Shown here: positions 44,912-54,797 of the stretch, piece by piece
Position numbering within the stretch: position 1 is the stretch's first letter
Layout: every line of letters begins with the position of its first letter
Sequence record: PP712906.1
Length of the DNA stretch: 64,000 nt
Reading direction: 5' to 3' (one strand)
Program-made: the position numbers and the translations under genes
The notes under the pieces: generated by a model
Database searches by the model: none
What the model was told of the DNA's origin: nothing
What the model saw: the letters and a program-made list of their open reading frames with translations, nothing else

Positions 44912-45214
44912 ATGTCACCGACTCAAGCTAGTGAAATACTGACTGAACTACAAGAACGAGTGAAATTTAGTATCATGATTGATGATATTGAAGTTTATAT
45001 CACTGATATTATAGTAGATAATAGCGGGAGACTCAAAATTGAATTTGTTACTCAACATCCAGACAAAGAAGATCAAATTCGTCCGCATGTTGAGGCATGT
45101 ATTATGAAACTTATTAGTGAAGAACAAAAACGTAACGGGGTAGAAGAACAATGCAAATCGAGAAGTCGATTTTCTCAAATCTTATCGAAAATCAAGAGTA
45201 CTTTGCTACCGTAA
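44912..45214 (+). CDS. 40: Head vertex assembly chaperone gp40 (Sp)
   Basis: VYITDI...IEF.T...RPHVEACI. Synteny uvsX-40-41. Confidence 0.75.
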   Translation: MSPTQASEILTELQERVKFSIMIDDIEVYITDIIVDNSGRLKIEFVTQHPDKEDQIRPHVEACIMKLISEEQKRNGVEEQCKSRSRFSQILSKIKSTLLP

Positions 45215-46551
45215 TCCCGCACTTAAAGAAAGAGTATTTTCAGTCAACTGCTCATCAGCACATTTTCATGATGATTAAGAATCACGCGGATGAGTATAAA
45301 CGTCGTGCAACGCCTGAAGTGCTTAAAGTATGTCTTGAATCTCTCACGGGGATTAGTGAATACGACTATGCGGAAATTCAGCAAACTATTAATGAATTAG
45401 ATCCACATCCGAGCCATGATTTGCGTTGGCTCATTGACATGACTGAACAGTTTTGTATTGAACAAAGTGTTTTCAACGCCCTGAGTGAATCATTAGCGAT
45501 TCAAGAAAACGCAGCAAAGCCACTTGATCAACAAAACAAGCGTATTAAGCCGCTAGGCGCGATTCCCGAATTAATGCGTGACGCGCTCAACGTGTGTTTT
45601 GATACGTCAGTAGGTCATGATTATTTTGAAGACTGGGAACCTCGATACAAATCATATATCGAGAAAGCAGCAAAAATCCCGTTCAAAATGAACATTCTTA
45701 ACAAGATCACTCAAGGTGGTGTTGAAAGAAGTACTCTGAATCTTCTTCTAGCGGGTTCTAACGTAGGTAAATCACTTGCATTATGTCACTTAGCGACTGA
45801 GTATCTTCTGCAAGGCTACAACGTTCTATACATCAGTATGGAAATGAGTGAAGCGGCAGTATCGAAGCGTATTGATGCCAACTTAATGGACATCAGTATG
45901 GACGATTTCGATACTATTACTGAAAAAACATACGGCAACAAGATTCAGAATCTTGAGAAGAAAACTCAAGGTAAGTTATTCATCAAACAGTTCCCAACGG
46001 CTGGTGCTAACGTAACTCACTTCAACACGCTCATGAACGAGCTTCGTACGAAGAAGAACGTTATTCCAGACATCGTGATTGTCGATTACTTGGGTATCTG
46101 TGCGAGTTCTCGTGTAAGCAGTTCTGAAAACACATACGTACACGTTAAAGCAATCGCTGAAGAGATTCGTGGTTTTGCTGTTGAACACAACGTAGCTGTT
46201 TGGTCGGCTGCTCAGACCACACGTAACGCATGGGATGCAAGCGACATGGGAATGGGTGACATTGCTGAATCGGCTGGTCTTGCACATACTGCTGACTTGA
46301 TTCTAGGTATAATGGAAACTGAAGAAACAGTTGCACTTGGACAACAACGAGTCAAGCAGATTAAGTCGCGTTATGCCGACCGAAATCAAGATCAGACATT
46401 TATGATTGCTGTTAATAAAGGCAAACAACGATGGGGTGATATTGATGGTACAGCGAATTATTCAGCGCCTGCTCAGTCTCAAGCGAAATCGGCGTCTCCT
46501 TTCGCGCAGAAGAAAGAATCGTCGGCAAAAGCAGAGGCGGTAAATTGGTAG
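45151..46551 (+). CDS. 41: Replicative helicase gp41
   Basis: FDTSVGHDYFED, LAGSNVGKS Walker A, YISMEM, IVDYLGI, WSAAQTTR, QIKSRY. Confidence 0.97.
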   Translation: MQIEKSIFSNLIENQEYFATVIPHLKKEYFQSTAHQHIFMMIKNHADEYKRRATPEVLKVCLESLTGISEYDYAEIQQTINELDPHPSHDLRWLIDMTEQFCIEQSVFNALSESLAIQENAAKPLDQQNKRIKPLGAIPELMRDALNVCFDTSVGHDYFEDWEPRYKSYIEKAAKIPFKMNILNKITQGGVERSTLNLLLAGSNVGKSLALCHLATEYLLQGYNVLYISMEMSEAAVSKRIDANLMDISMDDFDTITEKTYGNKIQNLEKKTQGKLFIKQFPTAGANVTHFNTLMNELRTKKNVIPDIVIVDYLGICASSRVSSSENTYVHVKAIAEEIRGFAVEHNVAVWSAAQTTRNAWDASDMGMGDIAESAGLAHTADLILGIMETEETVALGQQRVKQIKSRYADRNQDQTFMIAVNKGKQRWGDIDGTANYSAPAQSQAKSASPFAQKKESSAKAEAVNW

Positions 46552-46790
46552 AGATCATCGGGTCTAAGTATTGTCTGGCGTGTCGCAAATTATGTGAGAC
46601 GCTAGACAAGAGAGACATTAAATACACATTTTATGACGCATTTGTTCCAAATGAACGCTATGTGATTCTTCAGAAAATTGCTGAAGACGAAGGTTATATT
46701 GCCCACCCGATAGCGTTCTACAACGGCGAATGCCTTGGCGAGGGTGTGAGCGTCTTATCTCGCATCGACAAACGGTTAGAAGAGGAATGA
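46545..46790 (+). CDS. Glutaredoxin / NrdH-like redoxin (81 aa, TTG start)
   Basis: IIGSKYCLACRKL (CxxC), cis-Pro motif HPIAF, adjacent to nrdD. Confidence 0.75.
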   Translation: MVEIIGSKYCLACRKLCETLDKRDIKYTFYDAFVPNERYVILQKIAEDEGYIAHPIAFYNGECLGEGVSVLSRIDKRLEEE

Positions 46791-48625
46791 ATGAAAGACG
46801 ACATTTTAGACATTGTTAGCGGTTCGGGTAATATTAAAGAAAATGCCAATAAAGACTCGAAAGTGATCCCTACAATGCGTGACTTGGTAGCTGGTACAGT
46901 GTCGAAACAATATGCACTGGAAGAATATCTACCGAAGCACATTGCAGACGCTCATATCGACGGCGATATTCATTTTCACGACCTTGATTACAGCCCACTA
47001 TTCCCACAATTCAACTGTATGCTTATCGACATCAAGGGGATGTTCGAAGGTGGGTTCAAAATGGGTAACGCTGAAATTGAAGAGCCAAATAGCATTGCGA
47101 CTGCTGCGACTATCGTAACTCAGATCATTCAGCAAGTAAGCAGCCACATCTATGGCGGCAACACAATCAATCGCATCGACGAAGTGCTTGCTCCTTATGT
47201 TCGCAAGTCGTACTACAAATGGTTAGAAATCGGTCGAGAAGAACATCCAGATTCAGATTCAAAAGCCGCGATCTTTGCTCGTAAACGAGTTGAGAAAGAA
47301 ACGTATGATGCGTTTCAGACTTTTGAATACCAAGTCAATACAATGCAGACTTCAAATGGTCAGACACCATTCACGACAATCAACTTCGGTTTAGGCACGT
47401 CGTGGGAAGAGAAACTGATTCAGAAAAGCATTCTGCAAAATCGTATTGCTGGTCTAGGCAAGACTAAGAAAACTGCTATCTTCCCGAAACTTGTTTTCAC
47501 GTTGAAAGACGGTGTTAACTTGAAAGAAGGTGATCCGTGCTACGGTATCAAGAAGCTTGCTCTTGAATGTGCAAGTAAACGCATGTACCCAGACATCTTG
47601 AACTATGAAAAGCTAGTTGAAACAACTGGTGGATTTAAGTCGCCGATGGGATGTCGTTCATTCTTGGGTGATTGGAAAAATGAAGACGGTGAGACTGTAT
47701 TCGACGGTCGTAATAACTTAGGTGTTGTTTCTATCAACATCCCGCGTATTGCAATCGAAGCATCGGGAGACACTGAACGTTTCTTCGAGATCTTGCACGA
47801 ACGTTGTACACTAGCTTACGAAGCGTTGATGCTGCGTATCAAGCGTTTTGACGATGTTACTGCATCAGTTGCACCGATTCTATATTGTGAAGGCGCAATG
47901 GGCGTACGCTTGAAGCCAACTGATAAAGTCAGTGAAGTGTTCAAGAACGGTCGCGCAAGTATTTCACTCGGTTACATCGGTCTGCATGAAGCTGTAACGC
48001 TGCTGTCGCCTGACAAAGACATGCACACATTCGAGTCACAGCACAAGCAATTCCTAGCTGAAAAGATTGTTGAGACGCTTAGAGCGTACACAGACGCATG
48101 GAAAGAACTGACTGGTTACGGTTTTAGTCTATACAGCACGCCAAGCGAATCGCTATGTGATCGTTTCTGTCGTCTCGACCAAGAGAAATACGGTATCATT
48201 ACGGGTATCAACGACAAAGACTATTACACGAACTCGTTCCACTTAGATGTGTTCAAGAAAGTGAACCCGTTTGAGAAGATTGATTTCGAAGCAGCATACC
48301 CGATGTACGCGAATGGTGGTTTCATCTGCTATGCTGAATTCCCGAACATGCGAGACAACATCAAAGGTCTAGAGCGCGTATGGGATTACGCATACACGAA
48401 AGTTGCGTACTTCGGCACAAACACGCCTATTGACCAGTGTACTTGTGGTTGGTCTGGTGAAGCACATACGGATTCGGATGGTTATTCATGTCCTGTATGT
48501 GGCGAACGCGACCCTGAAAAATTACACGTGACACGTCGTGTCTGTGGCTATCTCGGTAACCCGGTGCTCGTGGATGGAATCACGGAAAGACTGTCGAAAT
48601 GCAAAATCGAGTTAAACACTGCTAA
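46791..48625 (+). CDS. nrdD: Anaerobic (class III) ribonucleotide reductase with an apparent one-base frameshift at 48561-48565
   Basis: ENANKDSK, IHFHDLDY, NCML, MGCRSFL, NLGVVSINIPR, YSTPSESLC, CxC..CPVC, RRVCGY. The conserved tail GARGWNHGKTVEMQNRVKHC* lies in the -1 frame and ends at 48625. Confidence 0.92.
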
Positions 48626-48626
48626 G

Positions 48627-48654
48627 AAAGCGCCTTCGGGCGCTTTTTTTGTTT
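48627..48654 (+). terminator. Terminator after nrdD
   Basis: AAAGCGCC-TTCG-GGCGCTTTTTTT, 1 nt after the -1-frame stop. Confidence 0.92.
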
Positions 48655-48669
48655 TGTCGAAGAAAAAGG

Positions 48670-48698
48670 TTGCAACGCGAATCAGAAGTGCGTAATAT
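48670..48698 (+). promoter_or_regulatory. sigma70-type early promoter
   Basis: AAAAAGG-TTGCAA-17 nt-TAATAT, then the leader ...AGAGAGAGAAACATTATG. Confidence 0.7.
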
Positions 48699-48741
48699 TA
48701 ACTTCATCGAGACGACATCGACTAACAGAGAGAGAAACATT

Positions 48742-49161
48742 ATGCTATACATCAACTTGACTACTTGCAGCGTAACAGATGAACATTCAGTAGCTGAACT
48801 GTGGCGTATTCGAGAGGGTCACAATGTTGAATCTCGATGGGATTGGGATTCACTTGAGCGAGTTACTGAAGTCTGTAATATGCTTGACCAAGATCTATAC
48901 ATGGTTACAGACGAAGGTTCTGGCTGCTCACCGCGCTTTGACATTATCAAAAAGCCACGTGTAGGTGATTCAGTTAGCTATTGTTTCAATGGTGACAGTC
49001 GTCCCGACGGTGAAATCACTAAGATTTCAAAAACAATGAAAATGATCACGACATCAACTGGCAGCAAATACTATCGCCGTAAGTTGACTGGTCGATGGGT
49101 TCGGGGCGGCTGTTGGACGTTAGTACACGGTCATGTGTCTAAAATAAATGAGGAATTTTAA
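48742..49161 (+). CDS. Hypothetical early protein (139 aa)
   Basis: Start moved to the ATG after the GAGAGAG leader. C-terminal SH3-like PRVGDSVSY..NGD..P.GEITKISKT. Confidence 0.7.
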   Translation: MLYINLTTCSVTDEHSVAELWRIREGHNVESRWDWDSLERVTEVCNMLDQDLYMVTDEGSGCSPRFDIIKKPRVGDSVSYCFNGDSRPDGEITKISKTMKMITTSTGSKYYRRKLTGRWVRGGCWTLVHGHVSKINEEF

Positions 49162-49730
49162 TGTATTTCCCACGAGAGCGAAGAGTTCCTGTCATGCAGC
49201 CAACGCCTTTAGCTGTTGGCAGTATGGTTCGAGTATACGTTGATCAAAAACAATATCTCGGTGCTAAATTTGTGTATCAAGGCGAGTGTGAAGAGTACAT
49301 TCTGTATGATTACATGAACACTGAGACTTTCATTGTCGAGAATGGTCTAATACGCTCAAACACAAGCGGATTATTGATCTCGCGCATCGAAGAACAAGCA
49401 ACATGTCAAGAACTGTTTATGCACGACGGTGTTCTGTCATACAATACAGAAACATTTGAAACGAAGATGGAATATGTTCGTATCAAAGCGGGCGACAAGA
49501 TCAAAGTCTATATGAACTGTCAGTTCTCACCTAGACAAGAAGAAGCAACGGTTGTGTTCTGTAATGACGACTTTCTAACCGTTGTTTGCGACGGTATACC
49601 GTTTACATTTTCTCGTCGTGAAGTTATGTGCAAAAATATTGTTCATGTGTCTAACGACGGTATCAGAGAATCTTGCCGCATAAACGAAGACGTTTTTGTA
49701 GGTAGACCTAGTGAAGTATCAAAAAATTAA
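49161..49730 (+). CDS. Hypothetical protein (189 aa)
   Basis: TAATG-coupled ORF. Appears to hold two similar VGSMVRVY / AGDKIKVY units. Confidence 0.7.
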   Translation: MYFPRERRVPVMQPTPLAVGSMVRVYVDQKQYLGAKFVYQGECEEYILYDYMNTETFIVENGLIRSNTSGLLISRIEEQATCQELFMHDGVLSYNTETFETKMEYVRIKAGDKIKVYMNCQFSPRQEEATVVFCNDDFLTVVCDGIPFTFSRREVMCKNIVHVSNDGIRESCRINEDVFVGRPSEVSKN

Positions 49731-50187
49731 CGAATTTGATTTTGCAAACGGCGAAGGTGTTCGATTGAGCATCTTCGTTTCGGGCTGTGAGCACCGCTGT
49801 GCGGGCTGCTACAACGAATCGACGTGGGACTCGAACGATGGTATTGATTTTACCGAAGAAACGCTTAGAGACGTTCTGACGAGCTTAGAACAGCACGATG
49901 GTTTGAGTCTCACGGGCGGGGATCCGTTATACCCGAGCAATCGCGAAGCGATTTTGCGAATTTGCAAAGCAGTGAAAGAACGCTATCCCGACAAAGACAT
50001 TTGGATGTGGAGCGGGTACAAGTTATCTCATGTTTATCATTTAGAGATAATGAATTATATTGATGTTTTCATTGATGGACGTTACAAGAGACATCAACCA
50101 ACGCAGAAAGCGTGGCGCGGCTCTGACAATCAAATATTGTACGTTCGGGTAAATGATGAATTAGTTATTGACGAAGAGAGAAATTAA
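49711..50187 (+). CDS. nrdG: Anaerobic RNR activase (radical SAM)
   Basis: FANGEGVRLSIFVSGCEHRCAGCYNESTWD (CxxxCxxC), GLSLTGGDPL, WRGSDNQ. Confidence 0.95.
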   Translation: MKYQKINEFDFANGEGVRLSIFVSGCEHRCAGCYNESTWDSNDGIDFTEETLRDVLTSLEQHDGLSLTGGDPLYPSNREAILRICKAVKERYPDKDIWMWSGYKLSHVYHLEIMNYIDVFIDGRYKRHQPTQKAWRGSDNQILYVRVNDELVIDEERN

Positions 50188-50711
50188 TGAGTTGTGTTTG
50201 GATTACAAGTGACTTGCATTTAGGTCACAGAAATATTGGTAAGTTTCGCGACGGGATTGAAGACACTCAAGCGAACACCGACTGGATTGTTGACTTCTGG
50301 CTGAAGAACGTTCGCAAGCGTGACACTGTGATCATGCTTGGCGATACTGCATTCACTGAAGAAGCTATTGGCATTCTTGCGGGTCTACCGGGTCGTAAAG
50401 TACAATATGGCGGAAATCACGACGACCTGCCTGTTTCAAGCTACATGCGTGCATTTGACGTAATCCGTGGTTGTGAGAAGTTCAAGAAGCTTGGGTGGTT
50501 GAGTCATTTCCCTCTGCACCCTGCTGAATTACGTGGTCATTTCAGCATTCATGGTCACGTGCATTACGAAACAATTGACGACTATCGTTATGTTAACGTT
50601 TGCTGTGACAATTTGCAACGTCACATTGGTCAACCGATGATCCGTCTTACCGATTTGCGGCAACTTCTTGACAAACGACGCGAGTCTAAAGAGGTCAGTT
50701 ACGACTTCTAG
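50187..50711 (+). CDS. Calcineurin-like metallophosphoesterase
   Basis: SDLHLGH, LGD, GNHD, SHFP, HGHVH. Confidence 0.9.
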   Translation: MSCVWITSDLHLGHRNIGKFRDGIEDTQANTDWIVDFWLKNVRKRDTVIMLGDTAFTEEAIGILAGLPGRKVQYGGNHDDLPVSSYMRAFDVIRGCEKFKKLGWLSHFPLHPAELRGHFSIHGHVHYETIDDYRYVNVCCDNLQRHIGQPMIRLTDLRQLLDKRRESKEVSYDF

Positions 50712-50734
50712 AACGTAGTCTATCTGCATGAACA

Positions 50735-50742
50735 TCTAAATA
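50735..50742 (+). promoter_or_regulatory. Late promoter variant TCTAAATA for the 50776-52925 unit
   Basis: Intergenic, 33 nt before the ATG. Confidence 0.6.
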
Positions 50743-50775
50743 CTGGTATGGTATTAAAGATGGTGTTCATGCACT

Positions 50776-51621
50776 ATGATAGATGTTTTGTTAAGATATG
50801 ACGCAAGGATCATCAATAGCAGAAAGATAGTCATCTATACAGATGAAAATCGTCTCAGTCTTATTGTGAAACTCGCGAAAGAGCTTAACGGGACGTACAA
50901 GAAGTGCGATCCCGGTAGTTCAATTGGTTGTATACAGATGGAAAAATGCAGAGTATACGTCAAACCAACATCTAATCCTGGCATCGAGAATGAACGCAAT
51001 TTCTATACTATTGTAAAGCAACACATTGATTCTGGCTGTACGCGGATTAAAATTGGTGGGCGTCTTATAAAAGGTGTTCAGTCAATCGAAATGACTGGTC
51101 ACGACACGAAAAACAATAAGAAAGCCGATATGGTCTTGAAAACAGACAAAGGCGACTTTCCGATTTCAATCAAAAAATCAAATGCAGAACGTTGGGCGAG
51201 TACTGACGTTATTCACGGCACAGAAGCATGTAAGCTGTTAAATCGCATGGTAGACAAGAAAATCGTCACACTAACCGATTTCTCAGATGACGGAAAAGTA
51301 AAACGACTGAGCCAGCCCATTGCTAGACGACTTAGAGACGATGAGATCAATCACGTTGTATTCGGGTCTGATATTCTCGGGAAGGGTCTTGTTGTCGTCA
51401 ATAGCTTTACTCTAGATGATTTTGTATTCAAGCGCGGTACTTTACATATTAGCGGTGAAGTGCTTTTAGATTCAAGTGATGTAAAAGACACAATTTACCA
51501 CCCATATATGATGATTAGAAATGATGCATGTCGCCGCTCGAAGGCATTGCCTTATGGTGTACGTGTTGAAGTTGTATTCGAGTCAAGAATTACTAAAAAT
51601 ACGATTGTTTACGAGGAGTAG
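50776..51621 (+). CDS. Putative PD-(D/E)XK-fold nuclease (281 aa)
   Basis: GIENERNF helix, KKADMVL and PISIKK: E...D...(S)xK catalytic layout. Confidence 0.55.
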   Translation: MIDVLLRYDARIINSRKIVIYTDENRLSLIVKLAKELNGTYKKCDPGSSIGCIQMEKCRVYVKPTSNPGIENERNFYTIVKQHIDSGCTRIKIGGRLIKGVQSIEMTGHDTKNNKKADMVLKTDKGDFPISIKKSNAERWASTDVIHGTEACKLLNRMVDKKIVTLTDFSDDGKVKRLSQPIARRLRDDEINHVVFGSDILGKGLVVVNSFTLDDFVFKRGTLHISGEVLLDSSDVKDTIYHPYMMIRNDACRRSKALPYGVRVEVVFESRITKNTIVYEE

Positions 51622-51624
51622 CTA

Positions 51625-52449
51625 ATGGCTATCAAAGATAAATTGGAAGAACTTATTGCGTCGGTTCACCAATGTACTACAAAAGACGGCGTAGTTGAAA
51701 TTGAAAAACTATATACGCAAAAGAAAAAAGAACTCGGTGCCAACATCACTCCGATGATGGATATTCGCGTTCGTGACGCAATTCGTGGTAAAATCACGAT
51801 GTTCGATAAAGAAAATGCTGCTGCTAAAGAAGAAGCTAGACGCAAAAAACAACAAGAAGAAGCTGACGCAATTGCGGCTAAACTCGATGAGGGTCTTTTT
51901 GTTGTTTCAGAGAAAGAGTTCTTTGATCACGAAACCGTTGTGAATGAGTGTGCGATTGATGCTGCGTGTATTATGGACGTAGACTCAAGCATCCCTTCTG
52001 TTGGTCATAAAGAACTGACTAAAACGCTTTCCGAGGCATGTGAGCATGTTGGTGCAGTAGGTAAAATATTTGTACCTGAGTCACAGAACAAAGTATTGTC
52101 GCTGCAAGAGCGCGTTGAACTATTTGAATCATTCTCAGATGTTGATGTTGCACCCAAAGGTGTGATGTTTGCTGAGGTTGAGAGCATGATTCAGAAAGGC
52201 ATTACTCGTGTGTTTGCATTCGTAGAAGCGAATAAAGTCGCTGAGTATCGTCGTCTCGGTCGCCATTTCTTGCGTGTTGGTGGCACTCGCTTTGAGATTG
52301 TTGAAGTCAAGAACAAAGTACCATCTAGCACGATTGAAAATCTGATTCGTGAGGATAATCTCATTGAGTTTATGCGTAGTGTACCGATGCCATTAAACGA
52401 AGCCGAGAAGATCTTTGATCGTCAGCTTGAACAACTACTGGGGGCGTAA
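51625..52449 (+). CDS. Helical N-domain plus a degenerate cytidyltransferase-like (HIGH-superfamily) domain (274 aa)
   Basis: IPSVGHKEL (cf. NPPTIGHEKL), IFVPESQNK, RVFAFVEANKVAEY, PSSTIENLI...FMRSVP (cf. SASKMR...F..GLP). Confidence 0.55.
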   Translation: MAIKDKLEELIASVHQCTTKDGVVEIEKLYTQKKKELGANITPMMDIRVRDAIRGKITMFDKENAAAKEEARRKKQQEEADAIAAKLDEGLFVVSEKEFFDHETVVNECAIDAACIMDVDSSIPSVGHKELTKTLSEACEHVGAVGKIFVPESQNKVLSLQERVELFESFSDVDVAPKGVMFAEVESMIQKGITRVFAFVEANKVAEYRRLGRHFLRVGGTRFEIVEVKNKVPSSTIENLIREDNLIEFMRSVPMPLNEAEKIFDRQLEQLLGA

Positions 52450-52925
52450 TGAGTTTAGCTAAACGCGGTGCAGATGGGTTTTATGCTCTTCGCTTATCTC
52501 GTTTGCTTCATCTTCGTTTTGATCGTTGGGAAGCATATCGAATGGGGATCATCGACGCAGATGGTAAAAAACTGCGTGACCCTGTAACTGCTCAAGAAAA
52601 GAGTAACTGGACGTTGTTTCACGTAACTGTGCGCAATATCAAGCGAATGGTTGGCGCATTGCCGGGTGGTAAGACAGCACTTGATTACGGCGCGTCATAT
52701 CTGTTGCTAATTGAACTTGCAAAAGAGTACGGTTTATCTGATCAATTTGCAGATGAGTGTATTCGAGTAGAAGAATCCGTTGTTGCGGGTGATTCGGGTG
52801 GTGATGTAGGCGCTATTGCTTCTGGTGAAACTACTGGTGCAGTTACAAGCGCAGGTCCCGAGACTATTGGTGACAAGAAGAAAAAGAAAAAGAAGAAGCT
52901 GAAAAAGTTCAGACACTTCGACTAA
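52449..52925 (+). CDS. Conserved T4-like hypothetical protein (gp61.1-type), 158 aa
   Basis: EAYRMGIIDADGKKLR...TLFHVTVRNIKR motif, Gly/Ala/Thr linker and poly-Lys tail. Sits just before primase. Confidence 0.65.
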   Translation: MSLAKRGADGFYALRLSRLLHLRFDRWEAYRMGIIDADGKKLRDPVTAQEKSNWTLFHVTVRNIKRMVGALPGGKTALDYGASYLLLIELAKEYGLSDQFADECIRVEESVVAGDSGGDVGAIASGETTGAVTSAGPETIGDKKKKKKKKLKKFRHFD

Positions 52926-52932
52926 TTAAAAT

Positions 52933-52954
52933 GCCTCGTTTTCGGGGCTTTTTT
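52933..52954 (+). terminator. Terminator
   Basis: GCCTCG-TTTT-CGGGGC-TTTTTT. Confidence 0.75.
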
Positions 52955-53005
52955 ATGTTTATCGTATCGTGATGCCGTGTAATAATAAGACACGGAGGTT
53001 ATATT

Positions 53006-54064
53006 ATGCAGATTTTGATTGATATACAATATGCCAAAATGCTTCAGCATCGTTTGTTATTGCCAAAAGTGCATAGCAATCGACCATTCAAAATAAATGC
53101 TCGTTGCCCGATTTGCGGCGACTCAAAAAAGAACAAGTACAAAACTCGTTTCTGGATTAATGAAGTCAAGACAAAAAGCGGTGAACTTCACTTGCGCTGC
53201 TCTTGTTGGAACTGTGACTACAACGAATCGCTGTACACTTTTTTGAAAGATCACGAGCCCGCTCTATTTTCTCAATATCGAGTTGATCTTTTCAAAGAAC
53301 GCAACTCACGCGAACGCAAAGAACGCGAGCCTGAACCAGTCGTTGAAAAGAAAGAAGCGACGGTTATCGAGAAAGAACAAGAAGAACAGCTTTTTTACAA
53401 CATCACTGCACTGAAAGAAGGTCATGTGATGCACAAGTATCTTGAATCTCGTAAAATACCGAAAGATAAGTGGCATTTGCTTGGGTTTACTCGCGGTTGG
53501 ACTACAATGGCGAAGACATTACGCCCCGACTTGTACGAAGGTGAGATCAAGAATGACCACCCGCGTCTTGTAATTCCTATTTACAACAAAGACGGTCTGG
53601 TTGCAGTTCAAGGTCGTGCGTTGACGAACAAACATGCTCAACGTTATATGACGATTAAAATCGACGATGATTTTGACAAAATCTATGGTACTGAGCGCAT
53701 CAACGAAGATGATCCTGTAATTTTCGTTGAGGGCCCGATTGATAGTTTATTCCTATACAATTGCTGTGCTATAGTAGGTGGACAAGTCAGCCCAAACAAC
53801 GCACCATATGCTGGTAATCGCATATGGGCGCTTGATAACGAGTGTAGGCACCCTGACGTTATAAAGCGTATGCAGACTCTGATTAGAGCGGGTGAACGTG
53901 TTGTTATTTGGGATAAGCTCCCACCGCAAATCATTGGTAAGAAAGACATCAATGATTTCATCAAAGCTGGCGTATCTGCTGAGTTCATTCAGCAATACAT
54001 TTATGAAAATGCCGTTAGTGGTCTAATGGCTACAAATCGACTTAACAGATGGAAGAAAATTTAA
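53006..54064 (+). CDS. 61: DNA primase gp61
   Basis: RCPICGDSKKNKYKTRF...CSCWNC zinc finger, RLVIPI, QGRAL, YMTIK, TOPRIM VEGPIDSLF, LDNE, KDIND. Confidence 0.96.
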   Translation: MQILIDIQYAKMLQHRLLLPKVHSNRPFKINARCPICGDSKKNKYKTRFWINEVKTKSGELHLRCSCWNCDYNESLYTFLKDHEPALFSQYRVDLFKERNSRERKEREPEPVVEKKEATVIEKEQEEQLFYNITALKEGHVMHKYLESRKIPKDKWHLLGFTRGWTTMAKTLRPDLYEGEIKNDHPRLVIPIYNKDGLVAVQGRALTNKHAQRYMTIKIDDDFDKIYGTERINEDDPVIFVEGPIDSLFLYNCCAIVGGQVSPNNAPYAGNRIWALDNECRHPDVIKRMQTLIRAGERVVIWDKLPPQIIGKKDINDFIKAGVSAEFIQQYIYENAVSGLMATNRLNRWKKI

Positions 54065-54561
54065 TGAAGATTATTTACCTGCCGCACTACAAAGAAAACA
54101 AAGAACTTGGTCTGGACGCAATTGAGCCAATCGGTGTTAAAGACCCAGATGACGCGGGTATTGATCTGCGTGCTGCAATTGAAGAATCAATCGAGTTACA
54201 ACCGGGTGATTCAGTCGTTATCCCGTCTGGTGTCAAGATTCACATTGGGTCGCACCCGCTTCACCAACAATACACTGATTTGGGTGTATACGGTGCAATT
54301 GCACCGCGCAGTGGTCTTGGGTTCAAGCACTTCTTGCGTCTAGCAAACACAATCGGGATTATCGACGCTAATTATCAAGGCGAAATCATGATCAAAATTC
54401 GCAACGAAGGCGACGACGTACTGCATATTGAGCGCGGTGATCGTATCTGTCAATTGATTTTCCACACTTACGTGAAGAACGTTCAGTTTGAAGAAGTTGA
54501 TACTTTTGACGAAGAAACTGACCGTGGTGCTCGTGGGTTTGGTGGTAGCGGGGTGAAATAA
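54064..54561 (+). CDS. dut: Trimeric dUTPase (165 aa)
   Basis: AGIDL, IAPRSG, GIIDANYQGEI, RICQL, RGARGFGGSG. TAATG coupling to primase. Confidence 0.95.
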   Translation: MKIIYLPHYKENKELGLDAIEPIGVKDPDDAGIDLRAAIEESIELQPGDSVVIPSGVKIHIGSHPLHQQYTDLGVYGAIAPRSGLGFKHFLRLANTIGIIDANYQGEIMIKIRNEGDDVLHIERGDRICQLIFHTYVKNVQFEEVDTFDEETDRGARGFGGSGVK

Positions 54562-54797
54562 TGCATACACCTATTTCTAGAACTGGTGAGATTCTAGGGT
54601 CAATGCGTTCTGTGCTCATGGACGAGCGCATTGAAGCTGCTCTTCGCATGGATATTGCACGCGATCAAGAGCAAAAGGAAAAGATGTTGAATTCGAATCG
54701 AACGATGATTTCGGATATTGACAAGCAACAACGCAGAATCGAATCTAAGCTCGATTTACTACATACATTACTTGACGTGAAGAAGGAAATATCATGA
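54561..54797 (+). CDS. Hypothetical coiled-coil protein (78 aa)
   Basis: Coupled ORF that fills the dut-dexA gap. Confidence 0.65.
   Translation: MHTPISRTGEILGSMRSVLMDERIEAALRMDIARDQEQKEKMLNSNRTMISDIDKQQRRIESKLDLLHTLLDVKKEIS

Noticed and set aside
48649-48741. Track start of the 170-aa ORF, and the 634-aa nrdD tail running to 48695
   Set aside because: Both cross a UUCG terminator and a promoter. The real nrdD end is in the -1 frame (48625) and the next ORF has a proper leader at 48742.
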